Origin: a virus
Taxonomy: Duplodnaviria > Caudoviricetes
DNA: 60,242 bases
Strand: one strand, 5' to 3'
Virus record (IMG/VR): IMGVR_UViG_3300036861_000387
Location: 1 to 60,242 of that record
Shown in pieces: positions 29,557-38,713 of this stretch (positions are counted from its first letter, which is position 1; the number at the start of each line of letters is the position of its first letter). Made by a program: the position numbers and the translations under genes. Under the pieces are notes generated by a model that was given only the letters and a program-made list of their open reading frames with translations, did not search any database and was not told the origin of the DNA.

Positions 29557-30764
29557 ATGGACCTGACTGTCGGGCAGGTCGTCATCCGCACGGCGCTGTT
29601 CTGCGTAGCAGCACTGCTGGTGACTGGGCTGCTATGGCTCGGCACCCAGGTCGCCATCCGACGCGGCTGGATCGTGCGGCGCAGCGAGCCGATCCGGGAA
29701 TGGGTCGAACTCGGCGAGGCGACCCGCGACGTAGGTCGAGCCATCAGGGCATCGCTGCCCTCCCGACTTCGGCGCTGGCTGTGACCGACCCACCCGCCTC
29801 GCGTCCCGCGCCGGCAGTGGCGATCCGAGCCGCGATTGACTGCCCGCGCGCCAAGACATGGATGACGCCGTGCATCGCCCGGGACGGCGCAACTGCGCTC
29901 GACGACGCCGATGCAGCCGACCCTGAGCAGCGGCGCGAGTGTGTCGGCTGTGGCGCCGATCCTCGGGAGCTACTGCTCGACCTGTCCGAGCGGTATCCAC
30001 CAGCGCGGCGCTACCGGCAGACGCACGATCCGAAGGCCTGCGCTGACACGCTGACCAGGATGGTGGCGGAGTATGTCGAGCGCTGACCCGCCCGCCTCGC
30101 GTCCCGCGCCGGCCCCCGACCCGCCCCCCGATCCCGCGGACGGCTGGGAGGCGCGGATGGCCGAACGTGCCGCCGCCCGACGCGCTGAGCAGGAAGAAGC
30201 TGAGCAGCAGCACGCAGGCCATCAGCGACCACCCGACCGGTCGACGTGGCCCGTTCCTGAGCACTTGAAGGGCTATAGCGCCCGAGACGTGTTCCTGTGG
30301 TACATGATGGATGGCTGGCGCCGCATCCTCGGTGGCGAACCGAAGGTGCTGTTCGACCACGACTTCGGCTTCCATGTCATCAGCGATGGCATCTGGCAAC
30401 TGAAGCTTGCGAATCTCGATGAGTTCCCTGACGAGCGATTCCCGGAGCTGGGGCCATGACCGACCCGCCCCGCGACCCCGACCTGCTGGCCGCGATCAGG
30501 GCGCGGTGGTTCACCGATGGCCTGCACCGCGCGGAATACTGGGCCGACCTTGCCAGCCGAGACGTGCCGCTGCTGGTGGACCTAGCCGACAAGCGGGGCC
30601 GCGAGGTCGGCCGGCTGCGCGACCTGCTCGCCCGCCTGGAATGGGGCGATGGCCGCAACCGGTGTTCTGCATGCGGCGAGCATAAGGCCCGGGGCCACGA
30701 ACCCGGCTGCTGGCTGGCCGAAGCCTTGACCAGCAACGAAGAAGCACCCCCCAGCCGAAGCTGA
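29557..30764 (+). other. Four coupled hypothetical genes (29557-29784 TM; 29781-30086; 30073-30459; 30456-30764 with CxxC..HEPGC)
   Basis: Overlapping starts and stops; shared N-terminal DPP motif. Confidence 0.65.
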
Positions 30765-30885
30765 GGGGCGCGGTGGCCTTGCCGAAGGGCCTCCGGTCCC
30801 CTGCTGAGGGGGCCGAGTTCGGGCCTGGGGCCGCTGGCATCGATCCTGGGTCCGCGACTCGCTGGTCGGAGCCTATAGCAAGGCG

Positions 30886-31368
30886 CTACCTCGGAGGCGC
30901 TTGCTTGTGCCGATCCTTCCCGCATTGACGGCATTCGCGTCCCTTGCCATCGGGGCGCCATCGCGTATTGAGAAGGTCGTAGGGATGCCCGTTCGGGCAG
31001 TGCGTCTTGCGCGCGTTGCGAGCTTGGAATGTATTGCCACGGAGCAGGTTCTCGCGGCATGTCACTGGTTCAAGGTGGGATGGCCGGACGCAGGATGTCA
31101 CGCGGCACAGATGGTCAAGTTGCAGTCCATCCGGGACGGCTCCGAGTGTCTGCTCATAGCACCAGCGGTGTGCAACCTGCTGCTTCCCGCGTGAAACGTG
31201 GAACCTGCCGTAGCTTTGCCGCGTCTTGTTGCCGGTCCAAAGCCAGCATGGCCCCAGCTCCGGGCGATGATTGGGGATCGGCCCGTCCTGATTGACCTTC
31301 TCCCAGAACCGTTCCTCGGCGGTACGCTTCGCCATGGTGGCACCTTGCCTCCCGAGTTGAGGTGTCAT
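30886..31368 (-). CDS. HNH endonuclease
   Basis: ERFWEKV..PCWLWTG..YGRF..AHRWCYE..LDHLCR..CVRPSHLEPVT..EN..KTHCPNGH; lower GC. Confidence 0.93.
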   Translation of the reverse strand: MTPQLGRQGATMAKRTAEERFWEKVNQDGPIPNHRPELGPCWLWTGNKTRQSYGRFHVSRGKQQVAHRWCYEQTLGAVPDGLQLDHLCRVTSCVRPSHLEPVTCRENLLRGNTFQARNARKTHCPNGHPYDLLNTRWRPDGKGRECRQCGKDRHKQAPPR

Positions 31369-31432
31369 CCTGGCCCCGGGTGCTCACAACACGCCGGGGC
31401 CGCTACTTACCTATTTTAGCAGGTCAGAGGGA

Positions 31433-31678
31433 CTACTCCCGCGGTCGTGGTGGCGGCTCGGCATCCTTGAGTGGCCGGCGGGCGAACAGCGTCGGCGCCA
31501 CCGTCTTGGGCGGCTGGTTCCGGACGCCCCAGACTCCGAACACGGTCCCGAGCGCCAGGACCAAGCCGGCGTAGGGTCGCCACCGTTCCGGGATGCTCTC
31601 CTGCGGCACGAGCAGGACCAGGGTCACGGCCATGCCGAGGGCAGCCGCGACGGCCTTGCGGGCTCGGGCGATCCTCAT
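31433..31678 (-). CDS. Putative holin (2 TM)
   Basis: RARKAVAAALG..VLALGTVFGVWGVRN, downstream of the endolysin. Confidence 0.7.
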   Translation of the reverse strand: MRIARARKAVAAALGMAVTLVLLVPQESIPERWRPYAGLVLALGTVFGVWGVRNQPPKTVAPTLFARRPLKDAEPPPRPRE

Positions 31679-31763
31679 GGCGCACCCCAGCGGATTCTGC
31701 CGTTCGCATTGGAGGGGCCGGTGCACTCCACGCCTTCGTGCCAACGCTGCCAGCGGATTCGGA

Positions 31764-32123
31764 TCACGGGATCGTGCCTCCTGTTGAGGGTTCCCCAAAC
31801 GTCATCTGCTTCCAGGCGTTCCAGCCGCGCAGCGCGGCCATGACGACCAGGTGCGGGATCTCGCTCTGGGCCAGCCACTGCACCGGCCAGCCGCCGGCGG
31901 CCTTGGCCTTGTCGAGAATCATGTGGATGACCGCGTGGCAGTCTCCATCGGCGCGGACCCAGATGACCTGATGGTCGGTGTCCTTGCGGGAGTCGTCCCC
32001 GCCCCACGCGACCGGGACGAGATGGTGAAGCTCCCAACACCACACACGGCGGCCGCAGATGTCGCAGTGGACGACCTCGCCGGCTTGGACCCAGCCGGCT
32101 TCGACCTGGACGCGGGTGGCCAT
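31764..32123 (-). CDS. HNH-like protein
   Basis: CDIC..ELHHLVP..WGG..DCHAVIH. Confidence 0.55.
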   Translation of the reverse strand: MATRVQVEAGWVQAGEVVHCDICGRRVWCWELHHLVPVAWGGDDSRKDTDHQVIWVRADGDCHAVIHMILDKAKAAGGWPVQWLAQSEIPHLVVMAALRGWNAWKQMTFGEPSTGGTIP

Positions 32124-32320
32124 CAGCCCGCCTTCAGGTACTTGTCGCACCAAGCACCATTGTGGTCGGTGTGGGCTTTGCAGCGGGCACACCAAGTCGT
32201 CGCGCCGGTGAGGTTGCCGAGCAGCAGGCGGGTCCAGCCTTCCGGCCCGGCGAGCCGCACCGGGTCGCCTTGGTTCCACATGCGGCGGACCTCCTCGTCG
32301 GGCAGGTCGTTCTCGTCCAT
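32123..32320 (-). CDS. Small zinc-binding hypothetical protein
   Basis: WCARCKAHTDH..WC; coupled to the lysin stop. Confidence 0.5.
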   Translation of the reverse strand: MDENDLPDEEVRRMWNQGDPVRLAGPEGWTRLLLGNLTGATTWCARCKAHTDHNGAWCDKYLKAG

Positions 32321-33156
32321 TAGGGGAGTTCCACGTCGGCGACCGGCGGCGGCGGGGCCGCCTCGAAGTGCAGCAGGCCGGTCACGTCCAGGTCGCCCTC
32401 GAGCCGGCCGAGCGCCAACCCGTCGACGGCCGCCTTGAGCGCGTCGACCTTGGCCCGGAGCTGCACGAGTTCGTCGGCGGTGGGTTGGACGGCCGCCTCG
32501 ATGGTCCGCACGCGGGCGAACAGCAGGTCGACGGTCTGGTCGGGTGTGGTGGTGCCGGGCACGATGAGGCCCTTGTAGATGGCCTCGAGCTGCCGGGCCT
32601 GCTCGTCGGATAGGGCCATGTCAGCCTCCTCGCCTGCCACGATCCGGGGCAGCAGGACCTCGTCGAACTGGCGGATGCGGACCCGGCCCGGGCATGATTT
32701 GGCGACCGGGGTCCAGTGGCTGGGGCTGCCGAACAGGGTGTGGTAGCCGATCCCGGCCGAGTCCCAGGCGGGGCAGCGCCGCAGCGGGACGGCGTGCAGC
32801 CGGTTGATCCGCCAGGCGATCCACGCCAGCGAGTCCAGTTGCGCGTCGGTCCATGGCTGGCTGTCGGGGTCGCCGCGGTCTTCGGTCTCCACCGAGATCG
32901 CGAAGGCGTTGGCGTCGAGGTTGGCGTCGGCCTGCCGGGTGGTGTCGACGAGCTGCCAGATCTCGCCGTCCTGGGCGACGATGAAGTGGGACTCCAGGTT
33001 GGACCGGTCGCGGAACATGAGGTAGGCACCCTCGGCCGACCCGACGATCGAGTGGTAGATCAGCACCCGCGGGACGATGGCTGGCTCGGTCTGGTTCTCG
33101 GGCAGCAGGCGCAGCCGGCCACCGTGGGGCGAGCTGGTGAAGTCGAGCAGGGCCAT
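32320..33156 (-). CDS. Endolysin, N-acetylmuramoyl-L-alanine amidase (Amidase_2)
   Basis: LIYHS..ESHFIVAQDGEIWQLV..ISVETE..GIGYH..KSCPG; C-terminal coiled-coil. Confidence 0.9.
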   Translation of the reverse strand: MALLDFTSSPHGGRLRLLPENQTEPAIVPRVLIYHSIVGSAEGAYLMFRDRSNLESHFIVAQDGEIWQLVDTTRQADANLDANAFAISVETEDRGDPDSQPWTDAQLDSLAWIAWRINRLHAVPLRRCPAWDSAGIGYHTLFGSPSHWTPVAKSCPGRVRIRQFDEVLLPRIVAGEEADMALSDEQARQLEAIYKGLIVPGTTTPDQTVDLLFARVRTIEAAVQPTADELVQLRAKVDALKAAVDGLALGRLEGDLDVTGLLHFEAAPPPPVADVELP

Positions 33157-33485
33157 TAGGCGTGCACCGCGACCAGCTCGGCCGGGGCCTCGGCGGGGTC
33201 GGTCGGGAACACGCAGCGGCGCTCCTCGGGCACCCATTCTGACCCGGGCATGGTGCAGTCGGGCCGCAGCGGATGCACCTGGAGCGCGTGCCAAGGTTCC
33301 AGCGCCTCGGTGGCGTGGCGGTCGCAGGCGACGGCGTTCTCGCAGGTGGCGTCCCAGATGATGTGCCAGGCGCCGGGCTTGCCGCAGAGCTGTGACCACT
33401 CGCCGATGGCACGCTGGCAGGTCCGGGCGTCCCAGCCCTGCTGTGGGCCGAGGGGTGGCCGGTCGGTCGGGGTGTAGTCGCTCAT
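33156..33485 (-). CDS. Cys-rich hypothetical protein
   Basis: Coupled to the lysin start (TAATG). Confidence 0.6.
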   Translation of the reverse strand: MSDYTPTDRPPLGPQQGWDARTCQRAIGEWSQLCGKPGAWHIIWDATCENAVACDRHATEALEPWHALQVHPLRPDCTMPGSEWVPEERRCVFPTDPAEAPAELVAVHA

Positions 33486-33500
33486 CTTGTCACCAGAGTG

Positions 33501-33529
33501 TTGACAGATGTAACCGGGTGGGTTACAGT
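33501..33529 (+). promoter_or_regulatory. sigmaA promoter with overlapping palindromic operator
   Basis: TTGACA-17-TACAGT; TGTAACC-N5-GGTTACA at 33509-33527. Confidence 0.8.
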
Positions 33530-33565
33530 GGGGTTGTCAGCAGGAACCGAGCAGGAAGGCAACAG

Positions 33566-33826
33566 ATGAGCAAGCAGACCCTCGGGCCAACGTGTCTCCC
33601 CACCGTGACCCGCAACGCCGATGGATTCCTCGCCCGCTGCGAGCGCCACGACTGGCGCAGCAGCCACCACCCAACGATGCAGGATGCACGCCGCAGCGCC
33701 GCCGCTCATAAGCGGGCCAAGCGTCGCCGCCTTCAGCGAATCTCCAGCGAGTCTTCAGCGAAGACTCAGCCGACCCCCACCTACCACTCCGACCGGCTCG
33801 GCACCGTCACCATCCCGGAGGACTGA
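33566..33826 (+). CDS. Hypothetical protein (C/H zinc-finger-like)
   Basis: AGGAAGG RBS downstream of the promoter; ARCERHDW...AAAH. Confidence 0.65.
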   Translation: MSKQTLGPTCLPTVTRNADGFLARCERHDWRSSHHPTMQDARRSAAAHKRAKRRRLQRISSESSAKTQPTPTYHSDRLGTVTIPED

Positions 33827-33828
33827 CC

Positions 33829-34071
33829 ATGGCCGCCGACGAGTTCAGGTTCCACTCTCCCGACGCCAAGGCCGGCATCCTGTTCATCCGCGCCCTAGAG
33901 GATAGCGACGTGCTCGCCGCCGCCCGCGACCGAGACAGCCTCGGGTATCAGGTCATCGCCGACCGCATGGGGCCGGACACTAACCCGTTCTGGATCACGG
34001 CCCAGGCCGCCGAGGAGGCATACATGCGTGGCCTGATGGACGAGATCGAGTTCGACTACCTCACGCGATGA
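33829..34071 (+). CDS. Hypothetical protein
   Basis: GGAGG RBS; 80 aa. Confidence 0.65.
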   Translation: MAADEFRFHSPDAKAGILFIRALEDSDVLAAARDRDSLGYQVIADRMGPDTNPFWITAQAAEEAYMRGLMDEIEFDYLTR

Positions 34072-34277
34072 CCCCCGACCGGCGCATCCTCGCTGAGCGG
34101 CTGTTCGACCCCGACCCCCTGATCAGGGAGGCAGCCGCCCGGCAGGGCATCCTCATCTGCCGCGACATCCGCGCCGAGGCCCTCCGCCAGCTCCACACCA
34201 AGCTCGGCTCGTGGGAGAAGGTCGGCGAGGCAATCGGCATCCCCCGCCAAGACGCCTGGCGGATGGCCAAGGGCTAA
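34068..34277 (+). CDS. Small HTH DNA-binding protein
   Basis: IRAEALRQLH..GSWEKVGEAIGIPRQDAWRM. Confidence 0.75.
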   Translation: MTPDRRILAERLFDPDPLIREAAARQGILICRDIRAEALRQLHTKLGSWEKVGEAIGIPRQDAWRMAKG

Positions 34278-34711
34278 CGCGGCAGGCAGGGCCGCTGGGT
34301 GCTCGACGGGTGTGGCACCGACGGCGGCGTGATGCAGGGCCGGCTGGTCGGCGCCAGCGTGACCGTCGTGGTCAGCTCGACCGTGGTCGGCGGCGCCGTC
34401 GGCCCCGGCAGCGGCACCGTGACGGTCGGCCCGGGCGGGCCCGGCGGCCCCGGTGCCCCAGGCTCCCCCGCCGGCCCGGGCGGCCCGGGAACGCCCCCCG
34501 CCGTCGTCGTCGGGCCACCCGCCCCGGTCGTGCCGGTGGTGGCGCCGGTGGTGGCCGCCGAGCTCGGAACCATCGTGGGAGCCGTCAACGTGGTCGGGAT
34601 CCACCCGTCGGTGCTCGGCCCCTGCGAGGCGACTACCGCCGACACCCCCACCAGCAGCAGCGCCGCCGGGATCCATAGGTAGGCGGGCGGGTCGCGGGGT
34701 CGGGCGCTCAT
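34274..34711 (-). CDS. Membrane-anchored collagen-like protein
   Basis: TM segment followed by a Thr-rich region and GPPGPAGEPGAPGPPGPPGP. Confidence 0.7.
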   Translation of the reverse strand: MSARPRDPPAYLWIPAALLLVGVSAVVASQGPSTDGWIPTTLTAPTMVPSSAATTGATTGTTGAGGPTTTAGGVPGPPGPAGEPGAPGPPGPPGPTVTVPLPGPTAPPTTVELTTTVTLAPTSRPCITPPSVPHPSSTQRPCLPR

Positions 34712-35100
34712 GGCTCTGCCTTGGCATCCGGGTATTCGATGAACGTCACGTCCCCGCTGGCACCGACCCGGACGATGAGCGCCCAGCAGTTGCGCTTGTC
34801 CTTGTGGAACAGGTAGTGCGGCTCGACCTGCTCGCAGGTGGCCTCATGCCAGGCGCGCCAGCCGTCATTGCCCTCGCCGGAGGTCCGCAGGGCCTCCAGC
34901 AGGAACAGGTTGTTGAGGCCGAGGACGCGGACGCCGTCCGGGCCGTGCAGCGACGTGACCTCCAATAGCCCGCGGTCGCCATCGCGCCAGCGGACGCCGG
35001 TGTGGTCGCATTCGCACCAGCGCCAAGATCGGTCAGTCCGCCAGGCGCGGCGCGGCGAGACGATATCCATGCAGGCGATGCAGACGGCCGCTTTCGTCAC
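34708..35100 (-). CDS. Cys-rich hypothetical protein
   Basis: CIACMD..WCEC motif. Confidence 0.6.
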   Translation of the reverse strand: MTKAAVCIACMDIVSPRRAWRTDRSWRWCECDHTGVRWRDGDRGLLEVTSLHGPDGVRVLGLNNLFLLEALRTSGEGNDGWRAWHEATCEQVEPHYLFHKDKRNCWALIVRVGASGDVTFIEYPDAKAEP

Positions 35101-35447
35101 GGCGCCTCCGCCTCCTCAGGCGGCACCGGCACCCCGGCGGCCCGCATCGCCCGCTCCAGTGCGTCGACGCGGCGGCGTAGGCGCGCCAGGTCGCGCTCGA
35201 GCAGCAGGATCTGCTCCAGCCGCTGCGCGAGCTGCCGACGCGATTCAGCCAGGGCGGCCTCGTAGATCGATCTGGCCGAGTCGAAGGCGAGCTGGTCGGC
35301 CTTGCGGGCGTCCAGGCCCTGCGCGTACCGCGCGGTTCTGGCGCTCTCCTCGCGGGCCTGGGAGGCCTGCCGCCAGACAAGCATGCCCGGGAGAATGCCG
35401 ATCAGCGCGACCAGGACCCCAGGCATCCAAGATGCCACATCATCCAT
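35097..35447 (-). CDS. Single-TM coiled-coil membrane protein (lysis accessory)
   Basis: N-terminal TM plus long coiled-coil. Confidence 0.65.
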   Translation of the reverse strand: MDDVASWMPGVLVALIGILPGMLVWRQASQAREESARTARYAQGLDARKADQLAFDSARSIYEAALAESRRQLAQRLEQILLLERDLARLRRRVDALERAMRAAGVPVPPEEAEAP

Positions 35448-35901
35448 CTCCCGATCTCGGCGCTTCCGGCTGCGGTGCCTCCGGCCATCCTGCGATCACG
35501 AGGACGAACCCGCCGAAGGTCGCCCAGATGAGGCCGCCGATGATCGCCCGGGGCGCCTGCGGCCCGATCGCCAGGATCGTGAGTGTCGCCCACACCCACA
35601 GTAGGCTGATCTGGGCCGCGAACGCCCAGCGGTCGTCCCGCATCCACGCCTGCACCAGACACAGCAGGCCGACCGCCAGCCACGCCGCCGCCCAGACCAT
35701 CGGGTCGACGTACAGGATGACCCGGTAGGACGGCGCGGCGCGGAGCTGGGCCTGCTGGACCGGGTCGGCGAGGCTCTGCGCGAACGCCAGGTCGAGAGTT
35801 GCGAACCAGCCGAGGGCGGCGCCGCGGCGGCCCAGGCGGCGGGCCGCCCGGCCGGCTAGGCGGCGGGCCGCGCGGGCAGCGCGCAAGAGGTTCAGTCCCA
35901 T
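35440..35901 (-). CDS. Four-TM membrane protein (holin-like/lysis accessory)
   Basis: LGRRGAAL..four hydrophobic helices..VIAGWPE. Confidence 0.65.
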   Translation of the reverse strand: MGLNLLRAARAARRLAGRAARRLGRRGAALGWFATLDLAFAQSLADPVQQAQLRAAPSYRVILYVDPMVWAAAWLAVGLLCLVQAWMRDDRWAFAAQISLLWVWATLTILAIGPQAPRAIIGGLIWATFGGFVLVIAGWPEAPQPEAPRSGDG

Positions 35902-35908
35902 CTCGGCC

Positions 35909-36358
35909 TCAAAACGGCTTAATGACTATCCTTCTGTCCGTAAAGGTCGACGTTCCCGAAGAGACCGAACGGTACTTTGCTGTAAACGTATGCGATCCGG
36001 TCGCGGTGGCGGTGAACACCGTGGAGCGGCTGGTGGTGATCTCGCTGGTCGACGACGACGTGCACCGGTTGGTGTCGGCCGCCGCCAGCGTCGAGGCCCC
36101 CGACACCGCGAAGCTCATCGCCGCCGCCGCGCCGCCGCCGGCCGAGTGCGACATCTGCGCGGAGTGCAGCACCACCACCTTCTGACCCGCCACCAGCGAC
36201 TTGGTCACCGACGGACCCGACGTGGTCAGATCGGTGTAGGTGGTGGAGGTAGTGGATTGCGCGGTGGCGACGTCGCCTTGCAGCGGGTCGCTGTGCAATT
36301 CATTCCAATCGGACGCACTGGGCACATCCCCCGTTGCCCACGTTCTGTACCCAGGCAC
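35909..36358 (-). CDS. Minor tail / tail-tip protein
   Basis: WATGDVPSASDWNE N-terminus; Ser/Thr-rich beta-type body ending GSHTFTAKYR. Confidence 0.65.
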   Translation of the reverse strand: MPGYRTWATGDVPSASDWNELHSDPLQGDVATAQSTTSTTYTDLTTSGPSVTKSLVAGQKVVVLHSAQMSHSAGGGAAAAMSFAVSGASTLAAADTNRCTSSSTSEITTSRSTVFTATATGSHTFTAKYRSVSSGTSTFTDRRIVIKPF

Positions 36359-36420
36359 TCAGAACCCCCAATTGGGATAGTCGCAAGTGAGGTAATAAGG
36401 CGCAACGCCGCGTCAGGCAG

Positions 36421-37782
36421 TCACCAGCCGATTGAGCCGGTGCCAAGACCGGGTCCGAGCCCGACCTTATAGACGCTGGCCGGCTCCGCCGCCTGCGGGG
36501 CCTCGGTCGCCAGCGTGAAGTCCCACGACCGCTGGATGCGGCTGATCTCCTCGCTGATCTGCTGAACGATGAGCTGGCGGTCCAGGGGGACGGCGACAGC
36601 GGTGCGCTGCACCCGGATGCGGTCCAGCAGCCGCAGGCCCAGCAGCTCAGTCCACTGATTGTGCCCGACGCCCTGCACGCCGACGGTGGTGATGCGGGTC
36701 TGCGGGACGGCGTAACGGGGGGCGAGCCACTGCGCCGCCGCCAGCGCCTCGCTGTCTGATCTGGCCAGCGGGAACGCCTCGCCCGGGAAGGACAGCAACC
36801 CGTAGGTGTTGACGCTGGTCTGGTCGAAGGCGACCTGCTCGACCGGTTCGTCGTCGGGTCCCGCGAGACTCTCGGAGGTGACCGGCTCCGACGGGTTGGG
36901 GTCGCGGGTGACGTGGATGTCGTTGAACAGCCGCTCCCGGTCCTTGGAGCGCTCCAGGGCGTTCATGCCGCCGGCGTCGGTGATGGTGGCCTGCACCGTG
37001 GTCGAGCGGGTCGCGGTGGTGGTCTTGTAGCGCGCGGCGAAGGTCAGGATGCCGCCGGTGTGGTGGTCGAGATACAAGTAGCCGAACTCGGTGGCCGCGA
37101 CCTTGGCGAGCAGTTGCAGCGCCGAGGCGCCCAGGGTGGTGCGGCCAAGCCGCGACCGGCCAAGGTCGACGGCGCGTTTGCTGGAGGGCCACAGCGCCGC
37201 GTCACAGATGCGGTTGACGCGCCCGCCGGTGGTGTCGGCATCGAAGTCCGGGACGCTGAGGGCGGCGAGTTGAGTGCGGCCGAGCTGCGCCAACCCGTCG
37301 ACGCAGCGGAAGGTGACCGACGGGCGCGGCGGGGCGTCGTCGGGGACGATCGCGTCCAGGACCCCGAGGAAGCGGGTGGTGTAGACGCCCTGCCATTCGG
37401 CGCGGACCCAGATCGCCACGTCCAGGTCGGGCAGGGTGGGGCTGGCGAGGTTCTCCGGGTCGTAGTCGCCGGTTTCGTTGCTCACCAGCAGCGTGCAGGT
37501 ACCGGAGGAGGTCGATTCGATCTCGTCCAGCTCCGGCCCGGTGATGGAGATGGCATCGACGTCGTGGGTGATGTCCAGCCAGGTCGTGCCGCCGATGGAG
37601 CCGGTGCCGATCCCCGGGCCGACGCCGATCTGGTAAGTGGTCGGGGTGAGCTCGGTCTCACCGCCGACGGCCATCAGCACGATCGGGCGGGGCTGGTGGA
37701 CGCCGTCGAAGACAGCCAGGGTGGAGACGTCCTCGCCGCCGGCAGCAGCGGCCTCGCCACCGAACAGCAGCAGCAGGCCCAT
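36421..37782 (-). CDS. Minor tail protein (hub/baseplate)
   Basis: WLDITHDV..GTCTLLVSNETGDYDP..RFLGVLD..CVDGLAQL..SVNTYG pattern typical of actinophage tail proteins. Confidence 0.75.
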   Translation of the reverse strand: MGLLLLFGGEAAAAGGEDVSTLAVFDGVHQPRPIVLMAVGGETELTPTTYQIGVGPGIGTGSIGGTTWLDITHDVDAISITGPELDEIESTSSGTCTLLVSNETGDYDPENLASPTLPDLDVAIWVRAEWQGVYTTRFLGVLDAIVPDDAPPRPSVTFRCVDGLAQLGRTQLAALSVPDFDADTTGGRVNRICDAALWPSSKRAVDLGRSRLGRTTLGASALQLLAKVAATEFGYLYLDHHTGGILTFAARYKTTTATRSTTVQATITDAGGMNALERSKDRERLFNDIHVTRDPNPSEPVTSESLAGPDDEPVEQVAFDQTSVNTYGLLSFPGEAFPLARSDSEALAAAQWLAPRYAVPQTRITTVGVQGVGHNQWTELLGLRLLDRIRVQRTAVAVPLDRQLIVQQISEEISRIQRSWDFTLATEAPQAAEPASVYKVGLGPGLGTGSIGW

Positions 37783-37785
37783 CGG

Positions 37786-38265
37786 TCAGACCACCCGCTG
37801 CAACCGCATCCAGCTACTGGCCAGGACGGTGGTGGCGGTCGCGTCCGACGCCAACTGGGCCCACTGGAGCTGCAAGGTCCCGGCGGTGGAACCGACCTGG
37901 AGGATGCCGGTGGCGTGGGCCACGACCCGGTTGCCGGCCCCGGTCCCGATCGCGCCGACGCCCTCCCCGGCGCCGGTGGCCACATGGGCCATCTTGATCG
38001 ATGCCGACTGCGCCGCCGCGCTGGTGGTGATGCCGCCGGGGGTCCAGTCGATGGTCGCGCCGGCGGGGAACGTGAAGCCGATCTGGATGTCGCCGGTGGT
38101 GGCACCGTCGTAGATCAGCCAGAGTTCCAGCAGGTAGGTCGCGTTGGCGGCGACCTGGAGCAGCAGGTGGTCGTCGTTCTGCAGGACCGCCGAGCTTGTC
38201 ACCGACTCGTTGGCGGTCTTGCGGACGTACAGGGCCGGGTGATCGACGGGCCGGGCGAGCGGCAT
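37786..38265 (-). CDS. Minor tail protein
   Basis: VRKTANESVTSSAVLQNDDHL..GTLQLQWAQ. Confidence 0.65.
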   Translation of the reverse strand: MPLARPVDHPALYVRKTANESVTSSAVLQNDDHLLLQVAANATYLLELWLIYDGATTGDIQIGFTFPAGATIDWTPGGITTSAAAQSASIKMAHVATGAGEGVGAIGTGAGNRVVAHATGILQVGSTAGTLQLQWAQLASDATATTVLASSWMRLQRVV

Positions 38266-38266
38266 G

Positions 38267-38683
38267 CTAGGTCAGCTCCGTAATCCGGCACGCCCCGGCG
38301 GCGGCTGACCAGATCCCGGTGATGATCCCCGTGTAGACGACATCGGTCGGGGTCTCGAAGTAGGCGCCGGGACCGAGCTGCACCGTGTAGACGGTCGTGG
38401 AGGCCCCCGATGCCAGGGCCAGGTACAGCGTCGCGGTCGAGTCGTTGTAGAAGGTCGCCTTCACGCGGCTGGTGTTGGCCGATAGCAGCGTCGTCGTTGA
38501 GACGGCCCCGTTGACCGAGGTGATCGTGCCGGTCGCTGAGCGGACGGGGCGGACCGCCAGCGCCTGGCCGACGACCTCGGCGATGGTGGCGGCGCTCTCG
38601 TCCCCCAGCACCATGACTTGGCGGTGTTCGCTGCCGATGGTGCGGGTGTCGATGCTGGTCCCTGAGCCGGATGTGATTGCCAC
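38267..38683 (-). CDS. Virion structural protein
   Basis: TLLSANTSR..FYNDSTATLYL..YTGIITGIW. Confidence 0.6.
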   Translation of the reverse strand: MAITSGSGTSIDTRTIGSEHRQVMVLGDESAATIAEVVGQALAVRPVRSATGTITSVNGAVSTTTLLSANTSRVKATFYNDSTATLYLALASGASTTVYTVQLGPGAYFETPTDVVYTGIITGIWSAAAGACRITELT

Positions 38684-38713
38684 ACTAGAATCTGCGATGG
38701 TGATCCCCGTCCC

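Noticed and set aside
30765-30885. tRNA gene
   Set aside because: No canonical D-loop, T-loop (GTTCRANYC) placement or CCA end
35909-37782. Possible diversity-generating retroelement target in the tail genes
   Set aside because: No reverse transcriptase and no template/variable repeat pair seen
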